DNA from: an uncultured Bacilli bacterium
Lineage (GTDB): Bacteria; Bacillota_I; Bacilli_A; RF39; UBA660
Length of the DNA: 64,000 nucleotides
NCBI GenBank assembly: GCA_947626095.1
Contig: CANQQV010000004.1
Coordinates: 65,934-129,933 of the forward strand
Direction of reading: 5' to 3'
Shown: in pieces, positions 9,526 to 19,327 of the stretch
How positions within the stretch are numbered: the first letter of the stretch is position 1
Layout of the letters: each line of letters opens with the position of its first letter
The notes under the pieces: model-generated
Told to the model about the DNA's origin: nothing
Databases searched by the model: none
The model's input: the letters and a program-made list of their open reading frames with translations, nothing else
Program-made: the position numbers and the translations under genes

Positions 9526-10861
9526 TTTCATCATCCTCAATTAATTTTAAAATATTAGCAGTCATATCAAAACAAACCATTGTATAAATATCTCCAACAC
9601 TATCTTTTTTAACTAACTTAATCAAATTACTTAAATCATCAACTAAAACAATTTTATCTTTTGGTATATCTGTAAAAGAAAGTCTTGTCATTACATCATA
9701 TCTAAATCGACCAATACAAAATATCTTATCAATATTCTTACTATCTAATAATTCAAAATCAACATCCCAAAGCCATGATACATCATTAAACTTATATCTA
9801 CGTGAGACATTATCAAATCCTAAAATAATTGTTTTTTTACCTTTTTGATTATTTATAAATCTAATTGATTGGTAATAACTTAAATTATTTTCATTTTTAC
9901 TTTCTAGCATTGTTAGATTACGTCCATCTAAATCTAATACTTTAGCTCTTTTAGAAGCTATCTTATCACTATTAATCGCTTTAAGAATAACTTCATCACT
10001 AACCCCAATACTACGACATATTGCATAAGCAGCTACTGTATAATAAACAGCATACAATACATCTTTATTTAAATATACGTCCTGACCATTTATTTTAATA
10101 CTATGTTTACAAAAATCGACATCAGTCGCTTCATAATCGACAACTCCACGTTTATAATCACATTTCTTACAACGATAATTACCGATATGACCATAATGAT
10201 AATAATCATAAGTTAATTTACTTTTACATTTAGGACAATAAGCATAATCCGTTGCTTCAATATTACTTTTTATATAACTATCTTTCGTTCTAGCAACTCC
10301 ATAAGTAACACGATCATTTTTAAATAAATAAGTCATACGATTAACTAATGGATCATCAGCATTAATAATTAATTTCGTTTCTTTACTAACAGCTTTTAAA
10401 ATATCATTAAAAACTAAGTCCGGTTCACCATTACGTGGTGGCTGATCTCTTGTAATATTTGTAATCGCTAAATGAGTAACTTTATTTTTCCCAAATATTC
10501 TCTTTAAGTGTCTCTCATCACATTCTAATAATAAAACATCATGTTTAAATTCACCATTTAAAGAGCAATTATTTAAGATTAAAGTCATCGCTGCTAAAAC
10601 ACCATTACTACCATTTTTGTTATAACAAACATCATACCCCGCATCAGTTAAAACATGATTAACTAATTCTGTAGTTGAACCCTTACCAGAAGATCCACTA
10701 ATCGCTATAACATATTTTGGATATTTAACTTTCTCTAATATTTTTTGTTGTCTTAATATTTCATGAATAAACCATCCAGGATATACTGATCCATTTCTCC
10801 CAAACAATTTACAAACTTTTGTAATTAATCGACATATTATAATCATTATTGTTAAACGCAT
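9512..10861 (-). CDS. murT: Lipid II isoglutaminyl synthase Mur-ligase subunit
   Basis: SGSSGKGST P-loop, TNITRDQ, NADDP, CPKC...CKKC zinc finger, DVSWLWDVDFE. Confidence 0.92.
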   Translation of the reverse strand: MRLTIMIIICRLITKVCKLFGRNGSVYPGWFIHEILRQQKILEKVKYPKYVIAISGSSGKGSTTELVNHVLTDAGYDVCYNKNGSNGVLAAMTLILNNCSLNGEFKHDVLLLECDERHLKRIFGKNKVTHLAITNITRDQPPRNGEPDLVFNDILKAVSKETKLIINADDPLVNRMTYLFKNDRVTYGVARTKDSYIKSNIEATDYAYCPKCKSKLTYDYYHYGHIGNYRCKKCDYKRGVVDYEATDVDFCKHSIKINGQDVYLNKDVLYAVYYTVAAYAICRSIGVSDEVILKAINSDKIASKRAKVLDLDGRNLTMLESKNENNLSYYQSIRFINNQKGKKTIILGFDNVSRRYKFNDVSWLWDVDFELLDSKNIDKIFCIGRFRYDVMTRLSFTDIPKDKIVLVDDLSNLIKLVKKDSVGDIYTMVCFDMTANILKLIEDDENEKV

Positions 10862-10930
10862 TTAAATCACCTAAACAAATTATATCAAATTATAAAAACT
10901 TTATGTCACAAACCCGTATATTTTTACATA

Positions 10931-10941
10931 TTTTGTCGAAC
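10931..10941 (+). promoter_or_regulatory. Putative Spo0A box
   Basis: TTTTGTCGAAC contains the TGTCGAA consensus, in the divergent murT / STAS-like gene spacer. Confidence 0.45.
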
Positions 10942-10988
10942 TTCTAGCTTCCAAATCTTTCTTTTGCTATTATACTAATGGTGATAAT

Positions 10989-11216
10989 ATGGAAATGATT
11001 TATACTAATAATACTTTATATATCAATATCGAAGATCGTATTAATTTTTCTTTAATAAACAACTTGCAAAAGAAGTTATATCGTATCATTGATTCTTACC
11101 ATATCAATAATATTGAAATAAATATTTTAAATGATACTCATTATGATCATAGTTTACTAAATGATTTAGTTAATGACTATCAAGGTAAGTATAATGGCAA
11201 AATAATTGTTAAATAA
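10989..11216 (+). CDS. Small STAS/anti-anti-sigma-like protein (degenerate)
   Basis: 75 aa; pattern TLYINIEDRINF...INNIEINI...THYDHSLL...GKIIV parallels the SpoIIAA fold; GGTGA RBS. Confidence 0.5.
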   Translation: MEMIYTNNTLYINIEDRINFSLINNLQKKLYRIIDSYHINNIEINILNDTHYDHSLLNDLVNDYQGKYNGKIIVK

Positions 11217-11252
11217 ATCAATATTTATTGTATAATAAGTTCATGAAGAGGG

Positions 11253-11765
11253 ATGTATATGGAAATATTTATTAATTATTTAACTTTTATTCCTTGGTTA
11301 TTATATTGTATTGCTTTATCTAAATATGCGATTAAAACAGTTAATACAACCAAGATAAATAAAGAATGGGTCAAAAAGAATATCCTTAATATATTTCGTT
11401 TTGATAGTTTAATTTTAATTGCCATCTTTATTTATTTTACCATTAGTTATAAAACATCTAAGCAAATATGGTTAGTCGAAGTCTTATTATTTTCGGCGAT
11501 TAATTTATACTTATACTTTAATTCTTATTATGATAAAAATAAAAGCAATTACGAAATTGATACTAAAGACTTAAGTACCGTTCTAATTATCTTAATTATC
11601 TTTTTAATTCCTATAATTTATTTTATATCTACTCATAATACTAGTATTACGTATTACATTTTATTCGCTTATAATTTCTTTAATTTTGTCATTGTCTATA
11701 TTTCAAAGCAAATAAATGATTTATTTATTAAGTTAATTCAAAGTAAAAAACATGAAAACAAATAA
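11253..11765 (+). CDS. Hypothetical integral membrane protein
   Basis: 170 aa, about 5 hydrophobic segments. Confidence 0.7.
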   Translation: MYMEIFINYLTFIPWLLYCIALSKYAIKTVNTTKINKEWVKKNILNIFRFDSLILIAIFIYFTISYKTSKQIWLVEVLLFSAINLYLYFNSYYDKNKSNYEIDTKDLSTVLIILIIFLIPIIYFISTHNTSITYYILFAYNFFNFVIVYISKQINDLFIKLIQSKKHENK

Positions 11766-12444
11766 TTATAATATCGAAAAAATCGTTGATTCCTTGCATA
11801 ATCGTGGCTTTACTAACTTTCTTACTCGTAAAGAATTAATGCTTGTTAAAGGAAGAATTAATAAAAACGAATATCAAATATATGAGTTATATCCTGAATG
11901 TAGTAAGATTATTTTATTTAAAAGTCATTTACCAGAGATTAAACTATTTAAAATCGAAAATTCAAGTACCTTAACTCATCGTGATATCCTTGGAGCAATC
12001 TATTCTTTAGGCTTAAACGAAGATACTTTTGGTGATATCATTAAATACCAAGAATCATACTATTTCTTTATCTTATCTCATCTTGAAAACTATTTTAAAA
12101 ACAATTTAACTAATATCAAAAATAGCAATATAAGTTTAATAGAAGTTGATTTAGAACTAAAAAATAACTTTGAACTATCATATTATGCCAAAGAATATAT
12201 TGTCTCATCTTTAAGAATTGATAATATCGTCAGCACCATTACTAATGAAAGCCGTAAATCAGTTCTTGCCAAATTTACTAATAATGAAGTTAATTTAAAT
12301 TATAATGAAAACGTCAAACCAACTAAAATTATCGAAATAGGGGATATCTTTAGTATCAGAAGATATGGTAAATACAAATATAATGGTATTAAAAAAATAA
12401 CTAAAAAAGGTGGCTTCATCATTGAAATATTAGTATATAACTAA
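11752..12444 (+). CDS. ylmH: YlmH-like S4-domain RNA-binding protein
   Basis: LTHRDILGAIYSLGL...FGDI; SSLRIDNIVS; GDIFSIRRYGK. Confidence 0.85.
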   Translation: MKTNNYNIEKIVDSLHNRGFTNFLTRKELMLVKGRINKNEYQIYELYPECSKIILFKSHLPEIKLFKIENSSTLTHRDILGAIYSLGLNEDTFGDIIKYQESYYFFILSHLENYFKNNLTNIKNSNISLIEVDLELKNNFELSYYAKEYIVSSLRIDNIVSTITNESRKSVLAKFTNNEVNLNYNENVKPTKIIEIGDIFSIRRYGKYKYNGIKKITKKGGFIIEILVYN

Positions 12445-12516
12445 AGATAAAATTGACTTATTTGTCCCAATAGTGTACAATCAGTCTCATCATTTATTTA
12501 TGGGGGAAAGAAAAAA

Positions 12517-13212
12517 ATGAGTAGAAGACATCTTGCAGAAGATGAATATAATAAAATTGAAAAAAAAACTAATACTAAAAAGGTTGCTAAAACAGTAGCA
12601 GCCATAATAGTAATTGGTGGTGTCGTTGTCGGTAGTATTGCAATTGCTGCTAATAATGCCCAAACTAAAATAAGTAAAAGAACAGAAAGCTTAATCGACG
12701 AATATACCGTAAGTGATTGCTTAACTTTACCAGAAAATGTTACTATAACTCAAGCTTATGACTTACATTTCTGTGATGGCGAAGAATTATATAAAGGTAT
12801 AACAAAAAACGGTATTAAATACTGTGAAGTATTAGATGAATACTATACTGAAGATGGTCGTGATATTGCTGTTTTAACTATTAATGGTACATATACTGAA
12901 TATATTGAAGCTGACTGTGTTGAAGTAAACGGCGCTAAAATATATATGGCACCAGAAGGTTACGAATTATATGGTGAATATGCTTATCGTATTATTAATA
13001 AATCATATAAGCAAATAATTGAAAAACAAAGCGATTATTCAAACATTCAAATTAAAGATTTAGACAATGTTACAATCGACGTTGAAGAAGTTCATAGTCG
13101 TCCATTTACTGATATCTTATCTGAAACTTTAATTATTGATGTTCCAGATGGAGCTGTTCTTAACGAAAATCAAGAATGTAGTGCATCATTTAGACTAGTT
13201 CCAAAAGAATAA
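12517..13212 (+). CDS. Hypothetical single-TM protein with acidic extracellular domain
   Basis: 231 aa, one N-terminal TM helix, own promoter-like TTGACT...TACAAT upstream. Confidence 0.7.
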   Translation: MSRRHLAEDEYNKIEKKTNTKKVAKTVAAIIVIGGVVVGSIAIAANNAQTKISKRTESLIDEYTVSDCLTLPENVTITQAYDLHFCDGEELYKGITKNGIKYCEVLDEYYTEDGRDIAVLTINGTYTEYIEADCVEVNGAKIYMAPEGYELYGEYAYRIINKSYKQIIEKQSDYSNIQIKDLDNVTIDVEEVHSRPFTDILSETLIIDVPDGAVLNENQECSASFRLVPKE

Positions 13213-13279
13213 AAAAAGTTAAAAAAGTACTTGTTATAAGTATTTTTTTTTGGTACAATATTACCGGCTTTAAAAAGCA

Positions 13280-13350
13280 AATAAACATGTTTGTGGATTT
13301 TATTCTCGAGTGCTTAAAATTAAGTGAGGATATTTAGAAACAAACAGAAG
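13280..13350 (+). promoter_or_regulatory. rpsB (S2) autoregulatory leader RNA
   Basis: TGTTTG/CAAACA long-range stem enclosing GGATT and GTGC elements, as in Firmicute rpsB leaders. Confidence 0.55.
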
Positions 13351-13374
13351 TAAAAACGAAGGAGGGAAATTTTT

Positions 13375-14346
13375 ATGGCCGTAGTTTCTTTAAGTTATTT
13401 ATTAGAAGCTGGAGTTCATTTTGGACATCAAACAAAAAGATGGAATCCTAAAATGAAAGAGTATATTTATACAACAAGAGATGACATTTATATTATCGAT
13501 TTGCAAAAAACCTTAGCAAAAATCGAAGAAGCATATGCAGAAATCAATAAGATAGCTGCAAATGGAGGTACATTCCTATTTGTAGGAACTAAAAAACAAG
13601 CGAATGAGGCCGCTAGAGAAAATGCCGAAAGAACAAATTCATATTATGTAACTGAAAGATGGTTAGGAGGAACATTAACTAACTTCCGTACTATCAGAAG
13701 TAGAGTAAAACGTCTAGAAGAAATCGAAAACATGGAAAAAGATGGAACATTTGATGTTTTACCTAAAAAAGAAGTTATTAATCTTAAAAAAGAATATGAA
13801 AAATTAAACAAATTATTATGTGGTATCCGTGCTATGGATAAATTACCCCAAGCTTTAATTATTGTTGATCCTAAAAAGGAAATCAATGCAATTAGAGAAG
13901 CAAGAAAGTTAAATATACCTATATTTGGTATTGTTGATACAAACTGTGATCCAGACGATGTAGATTATGTTATTCCAGGTAACGATGACGCTGTAAGAGC
14001 CGTTAAAGTTGTTCTTGGTGTTCTAGGTAATGCTATCGCTGAAGCCAATGGTGGTGAAATCATCGATTACGTTACTGAAGATGATAAAAAAGCTAAAAAG
14101 CCAGAAAAAATGGAAGATGTAATGGCTGAAGTAGATAGAGCTAAAGCTGAAGCTGAAAAAGCTAAAACTCATGCTAAAGAAGCTCCAGTTGAAGAACCTG
14201 CTGAAGAAGTAGTTGAAGAAACTACTGAAACTGAAGATTTAAGCTCTAAAACTTTAACTGAATTAAAAGCCATGGCTAAAGCTTCAGGTATCAAAGGATA
14301 CTCTGCAATGAAAAAAGATGAATTAATTGCATCTTTAAGTGAATAA
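13375..14346 (+). CDS. rpsB: 30S ribosomal protein S2 with acidic linker and C-terminal Rho-N-like helical domain
   Basis: [41 protein letters not shown]; tail [30 protein letters not shown]. Confidence 0.98.
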   Translation: MAVVSLSYLLEAGVHFGHQTKRWNPKMKEYIYTTRDDIYIIDLQKTLAKIEEAYAEINKIAANGGTFLFVGTKKQANEAARENAERTNSYYVTERWLGGTLTNFRTIRSRVKRLEEIENMEKDGTFDVLPKKEVINLKKEYEKLNKLLCGIRAMDKLPQALIIVDPKKEINAIREARKLNIPIFGIVDTNCDPDDVDYVIPGNDDAVRAVKVVLGVLGNAIAEANGGEIIDYVTEDDKKAKKPEKMEDVMAEVDRAKAEAEKAKTHAKEAPVEEPAEEVVEETTETEDLSSKTLTELKAMAKASGIKGYSAMKKDELIASLSE

Positions 14347-14378
14347 TATAATATTTAATTAAGAAAGAAGGGTTACAT

Positions 14379-15251
14379 ATGATAAGCGCAAGCTTAGTTA
14401 AAGAATTACGTGAACAAACAGGAGCCGGAATGATGGATTGTAAAAAAGCATTATCAGAATGCGATGGCAATCTAGAAGCTGCTGTTGATTGGTTAAGAGA
14501 AAAAGGTATTGCTAAAGCCGGTAAAAAAGAATCAAGAATTGCTGCTGAAGGCTTAGCTGATATCTTTGTAAAAGGTAATAAAGCTGTTATGATTGAAATC
14601 AATGCTGAAACAGACTTCGTTACTAAAAATGATGAATTCAAAGAATTAATCAAAACTGTTGGTGAAACTATTTTAAAAAGTAAAGCTGAGACTTTAGAAG
14701 AAGCTTTAGAACTACCTTGTGGTGAAGGCACAATAAGAGACTTAATGGTAGCTAAAACTGCTAAAATTGGTGAAAAACTTGATTTCCGTCGTTTAGCTGT
14801 TATTAAAAAGAAAACAGGCGAAAATTTTGGTACATACCTTCATATGGGTGGAAAAATTGCTGTTGTTACAGTAATTAAAGGTGCTAATGAAGAAGTTGCT
14901 AAAGATGTAGCAATGCAAGCAGCTGCTATGAAACCAAAATATGTTTTCAAAGAAGATGTTCCTGAAGCTGAAATTGCTCGTGAAAGAGAAGTTCTAAAAG
15001 AACAAGCTATGAATGAAGGAAAACCTGCTGATATAGCTGAAAAAATGGTTGATGGAAGATTAAATAAATTCTTTAAAGAAATTTGTCTATCAATGCAAGC
15101 ATTCATTAAAGATGGCGACATTGATGTAAATAAATACGTAACTAACAATGGAGGAGAATTAATTGCTAGTACAAGCTTTGTCGTAGGTGAAGGTATTGAA
15201 AAACGTCAAGATAACTTCGCTGAAGAAGTAATGGCTCAAATTAACAATTAA
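14379..15251 (+). CDS. tsf: Elongation factor Ts
   Basis: VKELREQTGAGMMDCKKAL, AAEG, ETDFV, GKPADIAEKMVDG. Confidence 0.98.
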   Translation: MISASLVKELREQTGAGMMDCKKALSECDGNLEAAVDWLREKGIAKAGKKESRIAAEGLADIFVKGNKAVMIEINAETDFVTKNDEFKELIKTVGETILKSKAETLEEALELPCGEGTIRDLMVAKTAKIGEKLDFRRLAVIKKKTGENFGTYLHMGGKIAVVTVIKGANEEVAKDVAMQAAAMKPKYVFKEDVPEAEIAREREVLKEQAMNEGKPADIAEKMVDGRLNKFFKEICLSMQAFIKDGDIDVNKYVTNNGGELIASTSFVVGEGIEKRQDNFAEEVMAQINN

Positions 15252-15343
15252 TATAAATTAGACACTTTTTAGACAAGTGTCTTTTTTATTGGCCGATAAA
15301 CTCATTCATTCATGATATAATAACAAGTAGGAAGTGAAATTTC

Positions 15344-15934
15344 ATGAATCCCAAAACTAAAAGTATTATAAGAAAAATAATCTATATAATTTTATTTCTC
15401 TTAATGGCTGTGGCTTTTGTTTATTTAAGTGAAAAATATGCTGCTAATAGCGAACGAAAAGTATACACTATTACAGATTATTATACTAATAACACCAATA
15501 AATACTATGAAGTCGTAACTGGTAATAAAATGATCTCTTTAATTCGTAATGGTCATAATATTATCGTCATTGGTAGTAGTAACTCAAAATATAGTCAAAG
15601 ATATATTGAAGAAATCGATAAAATCTTCAATAGCCTTAAAATCGATAAAGTATATTACTATGATTTAAACAATGATAAATCCCAACAAAACTCTAATTAT
15701 TATAAAATCCGTGAATTACTAGAAGGTTATTTAACTTCAACTGATGATAATGATAACAACTTACTAGCTCCAAGCTTGTACATCATTAATAATGGTCAAG
15801 TCGAGTATTATAATACTGAAACTGCCGCTATTAAAAATACTACGGACATTAACTCATATTGGAATGAAGAACAACAACTAATCTTCCAAGGTGAAATAAC
15901 AAACGCTATAAATAAATATTATTTGAATAAATAG
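15344..15934 (+). CDS. Membrane-anchored thioredoxin-like fold protein lacking CxxC
   Basis: N-terminal TM; IIVIGSSNSKYS (SxxS), KVYYYDL, cis-Pro motif APSLYIINNG. Confidence 0.6.
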   Translation: MNPKTKSIIRKIIYIILFLLMAVAFVYLSEKYAANSERKVYTITDYYTNNTNKYYEVVTGNKMISLIRNGHNIIVIGSSNSKYSQRYIEEIDKIFNSLKIDKVYYYDLNNDKSQQNSNYYKIRELLEGYLTSTDDNDNNLLAPSLYIINNGQVEYYNTETAAIKNTTDINSYWNEEQQLIFQGEITNAINKYYLNK

Positions 15935-15977
15935 TAAATATGCATTATAATTTAATCATGAAGGAGAGAATAAAAAA

Positions 15978-16517
15978 ATGATTGATACAGAAGTTGAATT
16001 TAAAATGATGAGTGCTCTTGAAGTAATGGAAAACCGATTTACAACAATTAGAGCTGGCCGTGCTAATTCATCAATGGTTAATGGTATAAATGTTGATTAT
16101 TATGGAACACCAACTCCTATTCAAAGTTTAGCTAACATTACTGTTCCTGAAGCTAAAACCTTAATGATTAAACCATTTGATCGTTCATGCTTAAAAGATA
16201 TCGTTAAAGCCATTCAAGAAGCCAATCTTGGTATAAATCCAACTGATAATGGTGAGTCAGTAATACTAACTATGCCTGAACTTACTGAAGAAAGAAGAAA
16301 AGACTATGTTAAACAAGCTAAACAAATAGCTGAAGAAACAAAAGTTGCTTTAAGAAAAGTTCGTCAAGAAGCGAATGATGATATTAAAAAAGATGAATCA
16401 ATAACTGAAGATGACGAAAAGAGAATGCTTGATGAAGTTCAAAAACTTATTACTGAATACAATAAAAAAGTTGATGAAAAACTAAAAGAAAAAGAAGACG
16501 AATTAATGGCTATCTAA
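15978..16517 (+). CDS. frr: Ribosome recycling factor
   Basis: IRAGRAN, VDYYGTPTP, LGINP, PELTEERRK. Confidence 0.97.
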   Translation: MIDTEVEFKMMSALEVMENRFTTIRAGRANSSMVNGINVDYYGTPTPIQSLANITVPEAKTLMIKPFDRSCLKDIVKAIQEANLGINPTDNGESVILTMPELTEERRKDYVKQAKQIAEETKVALRKVRQEANDDIKKDESITEDDEKRMLDEVQKLITEYNKKVDEKLKEKEDELMAI

Positions 16518-16600
16518 GCAAACTACTAAAGTTTGCTTTTTTCTTTGCATTCAAACCACTTTTAATATATAATAAAGGCTATTAAAAAAAGGTGAGAAAT

Positions 16601-18178
16601 ATGGCAGATCATACAATCGAATATGGAATTATATATAGCAAATCTAACATCGGTCCTAATAAATATCTTTTATTTCCTTTAGATCTAGTTGAAGGCTACC
16701 AAATGGGTGGTACATTTCTAAGTGATCCCATCTATAAAACCGCTGACTCTAAAGAAAATATTAGTAATAGCGACTTCCTAGTCGATAATATCTTTACCTA
16801 TAATGATTTATTAAGACATTACGAATATGATGATATCGACTTTGTCAAAGAATACTACTTAGCTGATGCCAAAGATTATTTCTATTATGTTGAAATAACA
16901 CCTAAAGAAATTATTAAACGCAAACTTAATATGAGTTTATTAAGTTCTTTAAATCCTCGCGAAACTTACGAAGCCCAAAATAAGGAAGCGGCCGTTGCCT
17001 TAAATAGTGATGCCTTGAGTATCTTACTTAGTATTGATGACCTAGATGCTCTTCGTAAAGAAATTCTAAGATATCAAAATTTAGTAAGTAAATTTAAAAA
17101 CGAAGAGATGAAAAAAGGTACTACTAAAATTGTTGTTGAACAAGGTCATGTCGTTGAAATTCAAACAACACGTCAATGTAAAAATAACCAGCAAGTAGTA
17201 ACCGAGCCTGAAGAAGAAACTATTAAAGAATATACAAGTGATGTTAGTTTAAAAGGTTTAGAAAAATACATCAAAGAACGTGTCTTTGGTCATGATGAAG
17301 AAATCAAAATCATTGCTAAAACTCTCCTAATGAACTATCGTGCTAATGCTAAATATGGTACAGAACCAATCTTAATCTTAGGTCCAACAGGAACAGGTAA
17401 GACAGAAACCATTAAAGCCGCTTCTGAATATTTAGGTATTCCTTTTCTTGAAATAAATACCGCCAATTTAGTTCCTCAAGGAATTAAAGGAACGTCAATT
17501 GAAGATTGTTTATATTCTTTACTAGCTTCTTGTAACTATGATATGGATAAAGCTGAAAGAGCTCTTATATTCTTTGATGAATTCGATAAAATAGGAGAAA
17601 GTGACTTAGATATAAAAAGTGCTGTTAAAGAAATAATGCTTAAATTTTTTGAAGGTTCAACCTTCCTTATCGATAAACCAAGTGATGATTATAACTTCAA
17701 TACGCGAATGTTAAACAAAGTTTATGCTGGTGCCTTTCAAAATCTTTTCGATGCGAAAAAAAATATCGGTTTTGGCGCCTCTCCAACTATAACTACCTTA
17801 AATCGTAGTCGTATCTACGAAGATCATTACTTTGGTAAAGAATTAGTAACTCGTATTCCGCATATCTTAACATTTAATCCATTAGACCGTGAAACGCAAA
17901 AAAGAGTCATCTTAGAATCAAAACTAAGTATTTTACTTCGTAAAAAAGAAAGATATGAAGAAGAGTTTCATACTTCTTTAGTTGCCACTGATGCTTATAT
18001 CGAAGCTGTCTTAACTAAATTAGCTGCTTCCGAAAAGAGTATGCGTGATCTAAATAATATAATTCTCGATAGTTTAAATCAAGTTGAGTATGCTTTACTA
18101 GCCAATGAAGGTCATACTAGTGAAGTCATCTTAACTGATGAAACAGTCGAAAATCCTTATAAATTTACTTTAAAATAA
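16601..18178 (+). CDS. ClpX/HslU-clade AAA+ ATPase with novel N-terminal region
   Basis: VFGHDE, Walker A GPTGTGKT, Walker B IFFDEFDKI, IGF loop (NIGF), ELVTRIP, MRDL. Confidence 0.8.
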   Translation: MADHTIEYGIIYSKSNIGPNKYLLFPLDLVEGYQMGGTFLSDPIYKTADSKENISNSDFLVDNIFTYNDLLRHYEYDDIDFVKEYYLADAKDYFYYVEITPKEIIKRKLNMSLLSSLNPRETYEAQNKEAAVALNSDALSILLSIDDLDALRKEILRYQNLVSKFKNEEMKKGTTKIVVEQGHVVEIQTTRQCKNNQQVVTEPEEETIKEYTSDVSLKGLEKYIKERVFGHDEEIKIIAKTLLMNYRANAKYGTEPILILGPTGTGKTETIKAASEYLGIPFLEINTANLVPQGIKGTSIEDCLYSLLASCNYDMDKAERALIFFDEFDKIGESDLDIKSAVKEIMLKFFEGSTFLIDKPSDDYNFNTRMLNKVYAGAFQNLFDAKKNIGFGASPTITTLNRSRIYEDHYFGKELVTRIPHILTFNPLDRETQKRVILESKLSILLRKKERYEEEFHTSLVATDAYIEAVLTKLAASEKSMRDLNNIILDSLNQVEYALLANEGHTSEVILTDETVENPYKFTLK

Positions 18179-18185
18179 CAAAATA

Positions 18186-18212
18186 AAACGTACTTCAATG
18201 AAGTACGTTATT
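18186..18212. terminator. Bidirectional terminator ATPase/tRNA
   Basis: AACGTACTTCA/TGAAGTACGTT inverted repeat. Confidence 0.7.
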
Positions 18213-18218
18213 ATTTTA

Positions 18219-18295
18219 TGGTGTCCCCGAAGTGATTCGAACACTTGACCGATCGCTTAGAAGGCGATTGCTCTATCCAGCTGAGCTACGAGGAC
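18219..18295 (-). tRNA. tRNA-Arg(UCU)
   Basis: Reverse complement GTCCTCGTAGCTCAGCTGGATAGAGCAATCGCCTTCTAAGCGATCGGTCAAGTGTTCGAATCACTTCGGGGACACCA; anticodon TCT, encoded CCA. Confidence 0.97.
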
Positions 18296-18333
18296 ATAAC
18301 TCACAGAACATATTGATTATATAATAAAAAACT

Positions 18334-19263
18334 TTAGTTTTCAAGTCTAAATTCGTCGATTTCTTGTGAATCAACTTCAAATATAACTTGATCAATCCCT
18401 AAAGTATCATGGATAGAGTAGAAGATAGCATATTTTACTTCTTCCTTTAGTTTACCATCGTATACACTCTTAAGTAAAACATCATTAAAATTTAACGCTA
18501 ATGAATTTTCACTTGCTTCATAATTCATTAATTCAACTTGGTAATCTAAATGGCTTAATAAATTACTACTATTTAAACGATTACTCTTTAAACTATTAAT
18601 AATAATTTCAATTTTATCATCACTACTATTAGTTACATAACTAATCGGAACATAATAATAATCATTAGCTTTCTTCAAATAATACACAGTTACCATCTTA
18701 CTATTATTAATTGTAGTTAAATCATAAACTTTATTAATTCCATAACTACGTGTTAAATATAAATCTAATTTTTTCTTTGAATTAGGTAATTCTAATAATC
18801 TTTCTCCTTCTACAAAAACCATTACCTTTTTAATACCATTAATTGATGTTAAAGAAAAAATAAGCGCTTCCATCATCTTTTCTTCTTTATCTTCCTTAAT
18901 AGTTAAAAACTCTTTACTAAAATTAACTTTTAATAAGCCGTTATCTAAATCATAACTTAATACTTTAGTTCCTTTAGGAATAACTGCCTTAAATCCATCT
19001 GGTAATTTAATATTACTATCAGAACCAATAATTAACGCCTTTAAAATATTTCCTATTTGCTCATTAATATCATCACCACTTGAATTAACTTCCGTCATCC
19101 CAATAAAATCATTCTCATCAATTAAATAAATATTAATATTTTTCCCTTTATTATTTGTCTCAACTTCTTCATTAATCTCTTCTGGATAATTATAAAGTAA
19201 AAAAGCTAGTAATAAGAGAAGAGTGGAAATAGCTATTTTATTAAAAGTCAGACTTTTTAACAT
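18334..19263 (-). CDS. gerM: Sporulation/germination protein GerM (two GerMN domains)
   Basis: LPDGFKAVIPKGTKVL...VNFSKEF...EALIFSLT...V.VFVEG; VTVYY...YYYVPIS; downstream of gerE. Confidence 0.85.
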   Translation of the reverse strand: MLKSLTFNKIAISTLLLLLAFLLYNYPEEINEEVETNNKGKNINIYLIDENDFIGMTEVNSSGDDINEQIGNILKALIIGSDSNIKLPDGFKAVIPKGTKVLSYDLDNGLLKVNFSKEFLTIKEDKEEKMMEALIFSLTSINGIKKVMVFVEGERLLELPNSKKKLDLYLTRSYGINKVYDLTTINNSKMVTVYYLKKANDYYYVPISYVTNSSDDKIEIIINSLKSNRLNSSNLLSHLDYQVELMNYEASENSLALNFNDVLLKSVYDGKLKEEVKYAIFYSIHDTLGIDQVIFEVDSQEIDEFRLEN

Positions 19264-19291
19264 CTAATCACCTAATTAATTATATTTAAAA
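19259..19291 (-). repeat. 33-bp sequence identical to 49789..49821 (sigma-E-like -10, leader, RBS and start)
   Basis: AACATCTAATCACCTAATTAATTATATTTAAAA occurs at the starts of both gerM and sigK. Confidence 0.9.
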
Positions 19292-19327
19292 AAATAATTT
19301 TAAGAATAAAAAACCCTTAAAAAGGGT

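Noticed and set aside
18219-18295. tRNA-Arg as an integration site for an island
   Set aside because: No duplicated tRNA 3' end or adjacent integrase seen; flanked by chromosomal genes
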